From positions 50,830-74,829 of the forward strand of contig JAEOTC010000086.1 of the NCBI GenBank assembly GCA_016840035.1: a stretch of 24,000 bases of DNA. Direction: 5' to 3'. The position numbers and the translations under genes were made by a program. Numbering within the stretch: position 1 is the first letter of the stretch; the number at the start of each line of letters is the position of its first letter. Source of the stretch: Candidatus Hodarchaeota archaeon (GTDB lineage Archaea > Asgardarchaeota > Heimdallarchaeia > Hodarchaeales > Hodarchaeaceae). This document shows, piece by piece, positions 7,105 to 14,967 of this stretch. The notes beneath the pieces are model-generated. The model saw only the letters and a program-made list of their open reading frames with translations, did no database searches and was not told where the DNA came from.

Positions 7105-7620
7105 CTACTTTTGCTTTCTTTTGATCTTAGCAATTGAGCCGATAGTTGTTGCTCGGGGGATAATATCATCAACAGTGGAACTTTCGTCAGAGATTTCAGT
7201 TTTAAGTTCGATATCTAGTTCTCGCTCTATCTTAGCTACAACTCTGTCAGTAGGTATTACTTTTTCTGATTCAATTCGTGCCAATAGCGTCTCTTTTTCT
7301 TTGATTAATCCAGCAAACTGAGCACGTCCATACCCACGCTTTTTCCGAGCTTCTTGGATTAGAAATCCATACCCATCGATAAGTATCTTATCATGAAGAA
7401 AGTCCTTCTTCGGTGGTTTCCTAGGAGCAGGTTTTGCTTTAGTTCGAGGCTTAGCCTGATGTTTGCTATATCTTGCTCGTTGATCAGGTTTTGGTCGTTT
7501 TACTACTGGCTTCCCAAACTTTGCACATTTAGGACAAGCATAAAGTTCTACATGGTCAATTTCAACAAGTGAAATAAAACCTTCAGATCCGCACATTTCA
7601 CATTGCTGTATTTTACTCAA
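7105..7620 (-). CDS. mbf1: archaeal multiprotein-bridging factor 1 (N-terminal zinc ribbon plus C-terminal Cro/C1-type HTH)
   Basis: CEMCG-x19-CPKC zinc ribbon, then a basic linker, then the HTH segment IQEARKKRGYGRAQFAGLIKEKETLLARIESEK. Confidence 0.85.
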   Translation of the reverse strand: MSKIQQCEMCGSEGFISLVEIDHVELYACPKCAKFGKPVVKRPKPDQRARYSKHQAKPRTKAKPAPRKPPKKDFLHDKILIDGYGFLIQEARKKRGYGRAQFAGLIKEKETLLARIESEKVIPTDRVVAKIERELDIELKTEISDESSTVDDIIPRATTIGSIAKIKRKQK

Positions 7621-7961
7621 AAATAAGACTTCCTCAACAGATAATATGAATTCCTGAATTCTATATAACCTCTTAGTTCAAACCATTAATATTCAGCTAA
7701 GATGAAAAATCGTTATTGAAGAATGTATAATATTTTTCCTGCAGCTAAGGAGAAAATTGTATTACTTTTTAATCCATTCAACCAACAAAGAAAATTCCTA
7801 TATACGGTAACCCGTATGAAAAGAAAAATAAAGGATCATTCAGTCTGTAGCTATCAGTGGAAAAAACCTCTTTCGTTCCTAAAGTTCGTTCAATCAAACA
7901 CTTTGAAACTTTAGGGAGGAATTAATGGAGATTACTTTCAATCACTAGAGTAGGTATTAAT

Positions 7962-9155
7962 ATGCCAGAAAGTGTGGATGATAAAAAAACCACGTTCGAT
8001 GAGTTCACTGATTCTTATACTCGTACAATGGAACGTCGGATACGTACACTGGAAACAGAGAAACAATTATTAGAAGTCCAGCGAAATAAGCTAGAAGAGG
8101 ATAGAGATAATCTAAGACTCGAATTACAAAAGCTAAAACAACCTCCTCTCTTCACAGGTACACTTTTAGAAGTTTTGGAAAATGGAAAAGCGATTGTGAA
8201 GAGTTCTACTGGGCCTTCATTTGTTGTTGTAATAGATTCAACAATTCCCAAAGATATTCTTGTTCCAAACAGCCGAGTTGCGCTTCATCAAAGAAACTTT
8301 GCAATTCTGGAAATCCTCCCTCAGAGTACAGATCCCCTTGTTCGAAGCATGGAGATTGATACAAAACCATCAGAAACATATGGTGATATTGGTGGATTGC
8401 GAGATCAATTATTAGATCTTCGTGAAACTGTTGAGCTCCCCCTTTTACAGCCTGAATTATTTGAAAAAGTTGGGATTGAACCTCCCAAAGGAGTTTTACT
8501 TCATGGCCCTCCTGGTTCAGGAAAAACGCTCATGGTGAAAGCAGTCGCCCACGAAACACAAGCTACGTTTATTCGAGTAATTGGATCTGAACTCGTTCAG
8601 AAATATATCGGAGAAGGAGCTAGATTGGTTCGTGAAGTGTTTGCGTATGCTCGTGATAACTCCCCAAGCATTCTCTTTATTGATGAACTGGATGCTATTG
8701 GAAGTAAAAGACTTGATATCGCTACAAGCGGAGATAGAGAGGTTCAACGAACATTAATGCAATTGCTAAGTGAATTAGATGGATTTTCTCCCCGAGGGGA
8801 TGTGAAGATTATTGGCGCTACAAATCGGGTTGATATTCTTGATCCTGCTTTGATGCGACCTGGAAGATTTGATCGGCATATTGAAGTTCCATTACCAGAT
8901 CTTGAAGAAAGATTAGAAATTCTTAAAATTCATACAAGACACATGAATATCGACAATAAAGTGGATTTGGAATCAATTGCAACCCAAATGGTAGAAGCAT
9001 CTGGTGCGGATATCCGTGCCATAACCCAAGAGGCTGGCATGTTTGCTATCAGAGAAAGGGTCACTATGGTAAAGTCTGATCACTTTATCTCCGCAATTGG
9101 AAAGGTAATTTCTAAGAAAAAAGACATTCTTACCAGTCAAAATGAATATACCTAA
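7962..9155 (+). CDS. pan: proteasome-activating nucleotidase (AAA+ ATPase, Rpt homologue)
   Basis: N-terminal coiled coil and an OB region, Walker A GPPGSGKT, Walker B ILFIDELDA, second-region-of-homology GATNRVDILDPALMRPGRFDR. The C-terminus is ...NEYT, with Tyr penultimate as in HbYX but Glu in place of the hydrophobic residue. Confidence 0.95.
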   Translation: MPESVDDKKTTFDEFTDSYTRTMERRIRTLETEKQLLEVQRNKLEEDRDNLRLELQKLKQPPLFTGTLLEVLENGKAIVKSSTGPSFVVVIDSTIPKDILVPNSRVALHQRNFAILEILPQSTDPLVRSMEIDTKPSETYGDIGGLRDQLLDLRETVELPLLQPELFEKVGIEPPKGVLLHGPPGSGKTLMVKAVAHETQATFIRVIGSELVQKYIGEGARLVREVFAYARDNSPSILFIDELDAIGSKRLDIATSGDREVQRTLMQLLSELDGFSPRGDVKIIGATNRVDILDPALMRPGRFDRHIEVPLPDLEERLEILKIHTRHMNIDNKVDLESIATQMVEASGADIRAITQEAGMFAIRERVTMVKSDHFISAIGKVISKKKDILTSQNEYT

Positions 9156-9187
9156 TTTTCACTCGATCTATGGTTGAGGGGCAGTCC

Positions 9188-9661
9188 TCATCCATTTTTT
9201 ACGGAATCCCATTTTGAGTAGCATAGATTCAATACTGCTGTAAATGCAGCAATTGCAGTTTCTTCTTCCTCTCGTGGGTGATGGAGTTTTTTTGCTGTTA
9301 AGTTTTCTATTAGACATTTTGCGAAGTCATTCAATGATACTATACTTTGTATCCAAAAAAATAGGATTAGGGCTTCAACCTGATCAGCTAATTGCCCTTT
9401 TTTCCCCTTGATTCTTAAATATTCGGCCTTAGGCCATAGAGATGATCTGTAAGCGTTAGCTAAAACATGATCTGAGACCTTGGTGCCAGTTGTGGCTTCA
9501 GTAACTCCGCTTTTAGCCAAAGAATATATGAAATTTACAAAGGAGTCGCCTAGTTTTGCATTTCCTTTGTTAAAAGTGAAATCACGAATGACCTGTTGAG
9601 TATCCTTTCCCTCTAAGGTAGTTTTATACTGATCTTGAATAAAAGACACACTTAAACCCAA
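9188..9661 (-). CDS. hypothetical protein with RNase III-domain-like motifs
   Basis: 157 aa. KLGDSFVNFIYSLA resembles the RNase III signature tail (LGDxhhxhhxS), and QLADQVEALILFFW resembles the second catalytic motif (ADxxEAhhGAhh). The Glu four residues before the GD is absent. Apparent TTG start. Confidence 0.45.
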   Translation of the reverse strand: MGLSVSFIQDQYKTTLEGKDTQQVIRDFTFNKGNAKLGDSFVNFIYSLAKSGVTEATTGTKVSDHVLANAYRSSLWPKAEYLRIKGKKGQLADQVEALILFFWIQSIVSLNDFAKCLIENLTAKKLHHPREEEETAIAAFTAVLNLCYSKWDSVKNG

Positions 9662-9685
9662 AATTCAAGGGCTATAACTAATTAC

Positions 9686-9997
9686 TCATTCTATGCTCGA
9701 TTCGACAATCTTGGTTAATTCATCACATTGTTTATTAATGGTTTCTGCAGCAATCGCTAGTGCTTCAATTGGGTTTATCCCTTCAGTGCGAAGATAGAAT
9801 ATCGGATTTTCAAGGAGGGGATGTGGAAATCGATATGCTGCGAATAATACACCATCTTGATCCTTTAAAGCCTCTCTTAGTAGATTTAGAAAAGTATGAT
9901 TTTCTCCTGCGACTTCAAATTCTAGTAATGATTCTTCTTTTCGAACGACTTTAGCCTGCAATTGAATTTTTCGCTCCAGAAGTGATTGTTTTAACAA
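9686..9997 (-). CDS. rpoL: DNA-directed RNA polymerase subunit L (Rpo11)
   Basis: 103 aa. EFEVAGENHTFLNLLREAL and VLFAAYRFPHPLLENPIFYLRTEG match the Rpo11/RPB11 signature. Only TTG is available as a start. Confidence 0.85.
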   Translation of the reverse strand: MLKQSLLERKIQLQAKVVRKEESLLEFEVAGENHTFLNLLREALKDQDGVLFAAYRFPHPLLENPIFYLRTEGINPIEALAIAAETINKQCDELTKIVESSIE

Positions 9998-10037
9998 CGA
10001 ATCCTTTCTACCATAGGTTCAAATACTTTCTTTTATA

Positions 10038-11009
10038 CTAATGAGTTTTTTTAGTTAGGTAATTCGCAATCCATTTGCTTAATTGTGGGGGAACACTTTC
10101 TCCAACTTGATTAAATTGGCTGACAATAGGACCAGCAAACGAAAATGAGTCTGGAAAAGACATTAAGCGTGCATGCTCTCTAACCGTACACAATCGATGG
10201 AGAAATGGATGAATGAAACGACTTTTCCCCATAACTGTAGGTGCGTTGGTTTGAGAGTCCAGTCGAATATAATTTCTGAAAGTTCTTCTTCCACTACCTG
10301 GAAAATAGATAAGAGCTCCGTTTGGAGGTGTTCTTGGAATTTTCTTAGCGAGCTTATGTGGAAGAGGAACTTCTTCGTGGTTTAAACAATTAAATGAGCT
10401 TTGAGATTCTGAGAGTCCACTCAGTACATGCTGAACAGTAGTAATTTCCTTTTCTTCCTGTATAGGAGGAAATTCAACATTTGAAATAAAAACTCTCCTT
10501 CTAGCACTAGCCACCCCCACGTTTAACGCCTCTAACATATTGAAATGAATTTTAGAATAGCCAGATTTTGAAAATTCCCTGCGAATATACGTCTGCATGT
10601 TTTTACTAGCTACTTGTTGAACATTTTCAATGATAAAGTAACTTGGATTCAGGTCACTAATTAAACGAATGGTATGAAGCATATTTCTTCCCGTGGCATC
10701 TGAATATAGACGATCATAATCAGTCCTTTTTCTATTTACATTTGCGGACGAAAAAGCTTCACAAGGAGGACCTGCAAGGATTATATCCACTTGTTTTCCA
10801 TTTAACTCTTTTAATATCTCCATTGAGTGAAGATAGGTAACATCGCGATTGAGGGTAATTGCAGAGGGGAAATTTGTTTCATAGGTTCTGAGAGCCCAAT
10901 TATTATTGTCTATTGCTAATGATAATTGGTGATGAGGGGAAGCTAAATGAAAACCTAGAGAGAATCCTCCAGCTCCACAATAAAGGTCAACGATAGTTAG
11001 AGGTTTCAA
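10038..11009 (-). CDS. cytosine-5 methyltransferase, Dcm/DNMT superfamily
   Basis: Motif I DLYCGAGGFSLGF, motif IV GPPCEAFS, motif VI IIENV, motif IX-like TVREHARLMSFPDSFSF, motif X GESVPPQL. TTG start 2 nt after the stop of the upstream gene. Confidence 0.85.
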   Translation of the reverse strand: MKPLTIVDLYCGAGGFSLGFHLASPHHQLSLAIDNNNWALRTYETNFPSAITLNRDVTYLHSMEILKELNGKQVDIILAGPPCEAFSSANVNRKRTDYDRLYSDATGRNMLHTIRLISDLNPSYFIIENVQQVASKNMQTYIRREFSKSGYSKIHFNMLEALNVGVASARRRVFISNVEFPPIQEEKEITTVQHVLSGLSESQSSFNCLNHEEVPLPHKLAKKIPRTPPNGALIYFPGSGRRTFRNYIRLDSQTNAPTVMGKSRFIHPFLHRLCTVREHARLMSFPDSFSFAGPIVSQFNQVGESVPPQLSKWIANYLTKKTH

Positions 11010-11011
11010 CG

Positions 11012-11497
11012 TTATTCAGAAATTTGCTTTGAAAGCCCATAAAGAAAAATAGCAGTTGAAGCGACGGGATTGAGGTCTTTAATGGATTCTTCCAGGAATA
11101 TACACTCACCTAAATCCAGTTCTTTGCGTGTTAATCCAGAAGGTGAACCTCCGACGACAACTAAAACCTTTTGCTCCTTAATCTCTTGTATTATGTCCGA
11201 AAAAAGAACTAGCTTTTGACCAAATCGTTTAGGAGCAAGTAAATATATCTTATCGGGGTTAAGAGCTTCAATAATGTCCTGAATATCTGAAAAGAAGAAC
11301 AAACTCCCAGGGTTCTCTGAGCCAAGGATAATCTTCTGGGCATCAGGAATCCCCATTGATGCTGCAGATGAAGTAATTTTACTAAAAATTAAATTCTTGC
11401 ATAAATGGGGAAAATTAACAACTGTATTTGCGAATAGTTTAACGGTATTAGAACTATGAGTATTATGGAGGGTAATGAGTAAATTCTGGGTAGACAT
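11012..11497 (-). CDS. SPOUT-superfamily methyltransferase-like protein (tentative)
   Basis: 161 aa. The C-terminal VVVGGSPSGLTRKELDLGECIFL...LNPVASTAIFLYGL resembles the trefoil-knot SAM-binding region of SPOUT enzymes. The assignment rests on pattern only. Confidence 0.45.
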   Translation of the reverse strand: MSTQNLLITLHNTHSSNTVKLFANTVVNFPHLCKNLIFSKITSSAASMGIPDAQKIILGSENPGSLFFFSDIQDIIEALNPDKIYLLAPKRFGQKLVLFSDIIQEIKEQKVLVVVGGSPSGLTRKELDLGECIFLEESIKDLNPVASTAIFLYGLSKQISE

Positions 11498-11698
11498 GGT
11501 TATTTACTTCCATTTAAACTTTCTTTCTGAAAAGACGGTAAAGTAAACCGTCTCTATTAATATTACACAGGTCTGACTGACTAGAATAACCTTACTCTCA
11601 TTAATCCTCGCAAAATTGAATTAAATTTCAATCCCCACTCCCATTAAAAGGATACGAAGGTTAATTAGAAAGGGATAAGATCGTAGAAAATACAACAA

Positions 11699-11816
11699 GT
11701 CGGGATATCCAAGCCTGGTAATCATCCATGATGACCATGCTTGACCAGAATGGAGCCAGCCTGCTAAGTTGGTGCTCTCCCGTAGCTCGGGGGTTCAAAT
11801 CCCCCTCCCGACGCCA
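11699..11816 (+). tRNA. tRNA-Ser (anticodon GCU) with a D-loop intron and genomically encoded CCA
   Basis: GTCGGGA/TCCCGAC acceptor, TCC..GGA D-stem enclosing 41 nt (intron about 11723..11751), CCAGC-CTGCTAA-GTTGG anticodon arm, 16-nt long variable arm, GGGGG-TTCAAAT-CCCCC T-arm, discriminator G followed by CCA. Confidence 0.85.
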
Positions 11817-11947
11817 TTATTACTTTTATTATGCCATTACTGCTAATTCAGGACTATATTTTTAATTAACCAACAAATAAAGGTATAAACCTATAGATTC
11901 AGCACATTCAGTTAGAAATTTGATATTTCCTTAAATTAAATTTAAAA

Positions 11948-14407
11948 TCAATATATATCAGGTCGATTAAGACATTTATAGTAGAGGTCATAAAGAAGCG
12001 TGATTAAATCATTTAGTAGATCATTATAGGTTTTAACCGAGCTTTTGATTTCCAGATAATGGCAAAGAAGATTCCACTTTTTCCTATAATAATTCAAAAG
12101 TTCAAGTATATCTTCTTCTTCTAGGCTTACATATAATTCTTTGAAGTTATCAGTATTTAATACCCTATTTTCAATAGTGTGAATCACCCGTGAATCAATT
12201 TTTCCTGAAATTATCCGTTGTTTCGGTTTCAAGTAGTATCTAGTTTTTTTAGTTAGTAACCGAAATAATTTCATGATTGTACTAAGAGATCTGTCCTTTT
12301 GATCTATTAAATTAGTTAATTTGCCATTAACTTTGGTTGCAAACTCTTCACCTGAAAAAACAAGCATATATAGACGAGTTATATTTTTCATTCGATCTAT
12401 TTGGGACCAGTAAAACATTCTCATCTTATCTGGATGATCAAGAATAAGACAAGCCAGATCCAATATTACACTGAAATAGATATTCTTGATGCTTGAAATT
12501 CCTTTTCCATGGCCTGAGAATGATCTAGGAGATTGGATTGTACTCCTTAAATCATAACCAAGGTTAGGAGAATTCGCAGCAAATTCTCTAAATGGTCCTG
12601 AATCGTTTTTGGTTATCTGAATATCTTTAAAATAAGCAGATATTTTGAATTCTTCCCTTTTTATCTCATTAATTAAATAAACAAGTGCATCTGCTTGAGT
12701 GAAAAGTTTTTTTGCGTGTTTTTTATGTTCATGCACTAGTGAATATTTCCCCCTCATTTTTTCCCAAATCTCCTTAAGTTTTATATTTGTGATTGTGTTA
12801 ATTCTATGATTTGATTGATTTAGATCATGATAAATTACCTTTAACAACTGATCAATTACATTCTTATTCCCAGGTAGAATATTCTGTTTTTTCATCTGCT
12901 TTAGTCGTTTAACAACAAAGCCATTTTTATCATGTGCAAAAATAATCTCTAATTCCTTTGTCGAATTATGTTTTAGAGGTCCCTTGAGAACTTTCAACTT
13001 TGTGAGAGCTTCTTCATAGATTCTGAAATATGATGGAAAATTTGAAGGACTTCTTTCCCGAATTAGAGAATATAGTTTTATTATTGATTGTTTATAGTGC
13101 TCTAGGATATCAACATTGTCAAAAGAGAATTGAAAATCTGTTATTGTAAAACCAAGTCTTGACCCTCTATAATTTAGAATACCTAATGATTCTAAGTTCT
13201 GTAGATGTTCAAAGATTTTAATTTTATTTGTAGGTAAATCTAAATTAGAAAGTATCTTCACAACAGTTTTATGAATTTTAGTGCTCTGTAAAGTCCTTAT
13301 TCCTGAAATACCGGTGAAGTTGCTTTCATTATCACAGTACATCCTTCTAATGACAGAATAGACAATCCATTCTCTTATTAATCTCTTAATCTCGATTTTA
13401 CGGCCAGTGTTACCTCTGCCTGAAAGATTTACACAGGAGGTAACTATTCTATTATTAAATAGAAATGAATTATTACAATCCTCTTTATTTTCCACTTTCC
13501 ACTTTCCTGTTACCAGATTTAAGTAGGTGTAAATCAATTCGTATAAAGATAATTTCTTGTTTCCTCCCATCCATGTACGTTCTCTTCCACTTTTTAATTT
13601 AATTTGTCGACTCTTTTTATAATCCTGATCTGAAAATTGAAAGTTAAATTTTATCTCTACTTCATAAATTCCATCTGTTTTAAATTTCAACAAGAGAGGC
13701 CTATTTAAAATCAAATTTCCCATTACCTCACGTGTTTTCTTTGAGAAAGTAATACATTCATCAGATATCTCAAATTCCAATGTTAACAACCAGTTGAAAG
13801 CGTTTTCCATTTGCAAAATCGAACAGCATGATGGTATGTTCTTCATGAAATAAGAAACATTATGGTATCCCATTTTCAGGGCAATAAGTTCACAGGATGG
13901 ATGTAAAAACTTATCAGTCTTAACTAATCGCACTATTCTTGGATTTTTTTTAAGATCGACAACGGCTTTAACAAATAATGATATACATGTTTTATATCCA
14001 TGATAAAAGTTACCTTGGGCGCAAATGGCTGACAATTTCAGAACATTGATATTTTTCAATTTAATACTATGGAACACTATGTCAAAAGAAGAATTCTCAA
14101 TTTGATTCTTAACATATCTTGAGCCTGTTTTCTCATTATTTCCATTCACAACTACTGCAACTTTAATTTTACTAAATATAACAGTTAAAGCACTTAAGAA
14201 ATACTGTTCATTAAAATCGAAGTATATTTTTCCAATCCTTCCCATCTCGAAAATTAAAGCTTCAACCTTAAAATTAGACTGTTCAAATATGTACCATAAT
14301 CGTGTATCAATTCCTAAATTATCCAAAGTAGACAAGTATTTTGTCATCCCATTGGATTCAAGACCTATTGAGTTATTAATAGCCAACAGGATTCCTGCTA
14401 ATCCCAT
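11948..14407 (-). CDS. large orphan protein (819 aa), no recognisable catalytic family; possible internal winged-helix segment
   Basis: Uninterrupted 2.46-kb ORF rich in Lys, Asn and Ile. IFEHLQNLESLGILNYRGSRLGFTIT (about aa 398-423) resembles a wHTH recognition helix plus wing. I found no Walker A, DEDD/RuvC, RT or SAM motifs. Confidence 0.7.
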   Translation of the reverse strand: MGLAGILLAINNSIGLESNGMTKYLSTLDNLGIDTRLWYIFEQSNFKVEALIFEMGRIGKIYFDFNEQYFLSALTVIFSKIKVAVVVNGNNEKTGSRYVKNQIENSSFDIVFHSIKLKNINVLKLSAICAQGNFYHGYKTCISLFVKAVVDLKKNPRIVRLVKTDKFLHPSCELIALKMGYHNVSYFMKNIPSCCSILQMENAFNWLLTLEFEISDECITFSKKTREVMGNLILNRPLLLKFKTDGIYEVEIKFNFQFSDQDYKKSRQIKLKSGRERTWMGGNKKLSLYELIYTYLNLVTGKWKVENKEDCNNSFLFNNRIVTSCVNLSGRGNTGRKIEIKRLIREWIVYSVIRRMYCDNESNFTGISGIRTLQSTKIHKTVVKILSNLDLPTNKIKIFEHLQNLESLGILNYRGSRLGFTITDFQFSFDNVDILEHYKQSIIKLYSLIRERSPSNFPSYFRIYEEALTKLKVLKGPLKHNSTKELEIIFAHDKNGFVVKRLKQMKKQNILPGNKNVIDQLLKVIYHDLNQSNHRINTITNIKLKEIWEKMRGKYSLVHEHKKHAKKLFTQADALVYLINEIKREEFKISAYFKDIQITKNDSGPFREFAANSPNLGYDLRSTIQSPRSFSGHGKGISSIKNIYFSVILDLACLILDHPDKMRMFYWSQIDRMKNITRLYMLVFSGEEFATKVNGKLTNLIDQKDRSLSTIMKLFRLLTKKTRYYLKPKQRIISGKIDSRVIHTIENRVLNTDNFKELYVSLEEEDILELLNYYRKKWNLLCHYLEIKSSVKTYNDLLNDLITLLYDLYYKCLNRPDIY

Positions 14408-14720
14408 CCTCTATACACTACCAGAAATAATGATTTTTGCCCGTTTAGGAGTAATATTTTGGATCTTGTCTGAGAGAGAATCAATATCCCAATGTGTGTT
14501 TGATTCAATTTTCTTAATGATTGAAGGTATTTCTGGTCATATTCCAACAAGTTAGATATTAAATCTGGATACATCTATTCTGACTTGATCACTTTACCCT
14601 GAAAAGGTAAATGGAGAGACAGGTCTCTGAAAATGAAGAATTAATAGATATTTGAGGAAAATGAAATTCTAGAAGAAATTTTGAACTGAATTGTTATTTT
14701 CATCAGAGAAAGAGAAAGAG

Positions 14721-14831
14721 GGCCGGTGCGGGGAATCGAACCCCGACATGGTGGGCCACAACCACCGATTATAGTAATCTAGAGTTTCCGAAGTAACCCC
14801 AGATCAAGACTACCATTATCCTACACCGGCC
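14721..14831 (-). tRNA. tRNA-His (anticodon GUG) with encoded G-1 and a roughly 39-nt intron at the D-stem/anticodon-stem junction
   Basis: The reverse complement reads G(-1)-GCCGGTG/CACCGGC acceptor, discriminator C, GGAT-AATGGTA-GTCT D-arm, then about 39 extra nt (plus about 14767..14805), GGTGG-TTGTGGC-CCACC anticodon arm and CGGGG-TTCGATT-CCCCG T-arm. Confidence 0.85.
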
Positions 14832-14967
14832 AGAGCATTGGAAATTAGTTTTAATCAGGTAATTTCTTTATTTTTACCAACTACTTTGTAGATCATTCTC
14901 CATTCGTAATCCATTTATGATTTATCCTTATGGACTCCTTTATTTTATCTAAAAATCCTTGGTATAG

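Noticed and set aside
6666-7321. ORFs 6666..6929(+) and 7121..7321(+), antisense to uS8 and MBF1
   Set aside because: They overlap conserved genes on the opposite strand and have hydrophobic or Ser-rich shadow-frame composition.
7723-7914. 63-aa ORF in the MBF1/PAN divergent intergenic region
   Set aside because: It has no SD or TATA context that I could see and no recognisable motif. The region is more likely the two promoters.
8015-8747. ORFs 8015..8251(-) and 8517..8747(-), antisense to the PAN gene
   Set aside because: They lie entirely inside a strongly conserved AAA+ ATPase gene on the other strand. Their translations are low-complexity and Ser-rich, which is typical of shadow frames.
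9760-10385. ORFs 9760..9954(+) and 10173..10385(+), antisense to Rpo11 and the C5 methyltransferase
   Set aside because: They are shadow frames of conserved genes.
11723-11751. Possible C/D-box sRNA inside the tRNA-Ser intron (ATGATGA at 11728..11734)
   Set aside because: The C-box-like heptamer is present, but there is no CTGA D box (only CTTGA and CAGAA). The roughly 29-nt intron is also too short for a C/D guide RNA.
10038-14407. C5 methyltransferase plus the 819-aa orphan as a restriction-modification pair
   Set aside because: A SPOUT-like gene, about 450 bp of spacer and a tRNA gene separate them. The methylase sits in a different, tightly packed operon, and I found no nuclease motif in the orphan.
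11948-14407. Assigning the 819-aa orphan to Argonaute, HEPN or LAGLIDADG families
   Set aside because: The length fits a long pAgo, but there is no PIWI-type RDG/DEDX pattern. The two Rx4-6H matches (RGKYSLVH, RSFSGH) are about what chance predicts for this many Arg residues. The N-terminal LAGILLAINN lacks the acidic residues of LAGLIDADG.
14289-14555. 88-aa ORF overlapping the 5' end of the 819-aa gene on the opposite strand
   Set aside because: Much of it is antisense to the long ORF. The remainder is AT-rich upstream sequence with no supporting signal.
11817-14720. att-type direct repeats or an integrase marking the orphan gene as a classical integrative element
   Set aside because: I found no copy of the tRNA-Ser or tRNA-His 3' end (or any shared repeat of 10 nt or more) at the opposite flank, and no recombinase gene. 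The island idea is therefore kept only as a composition- and context-based hypothesis.
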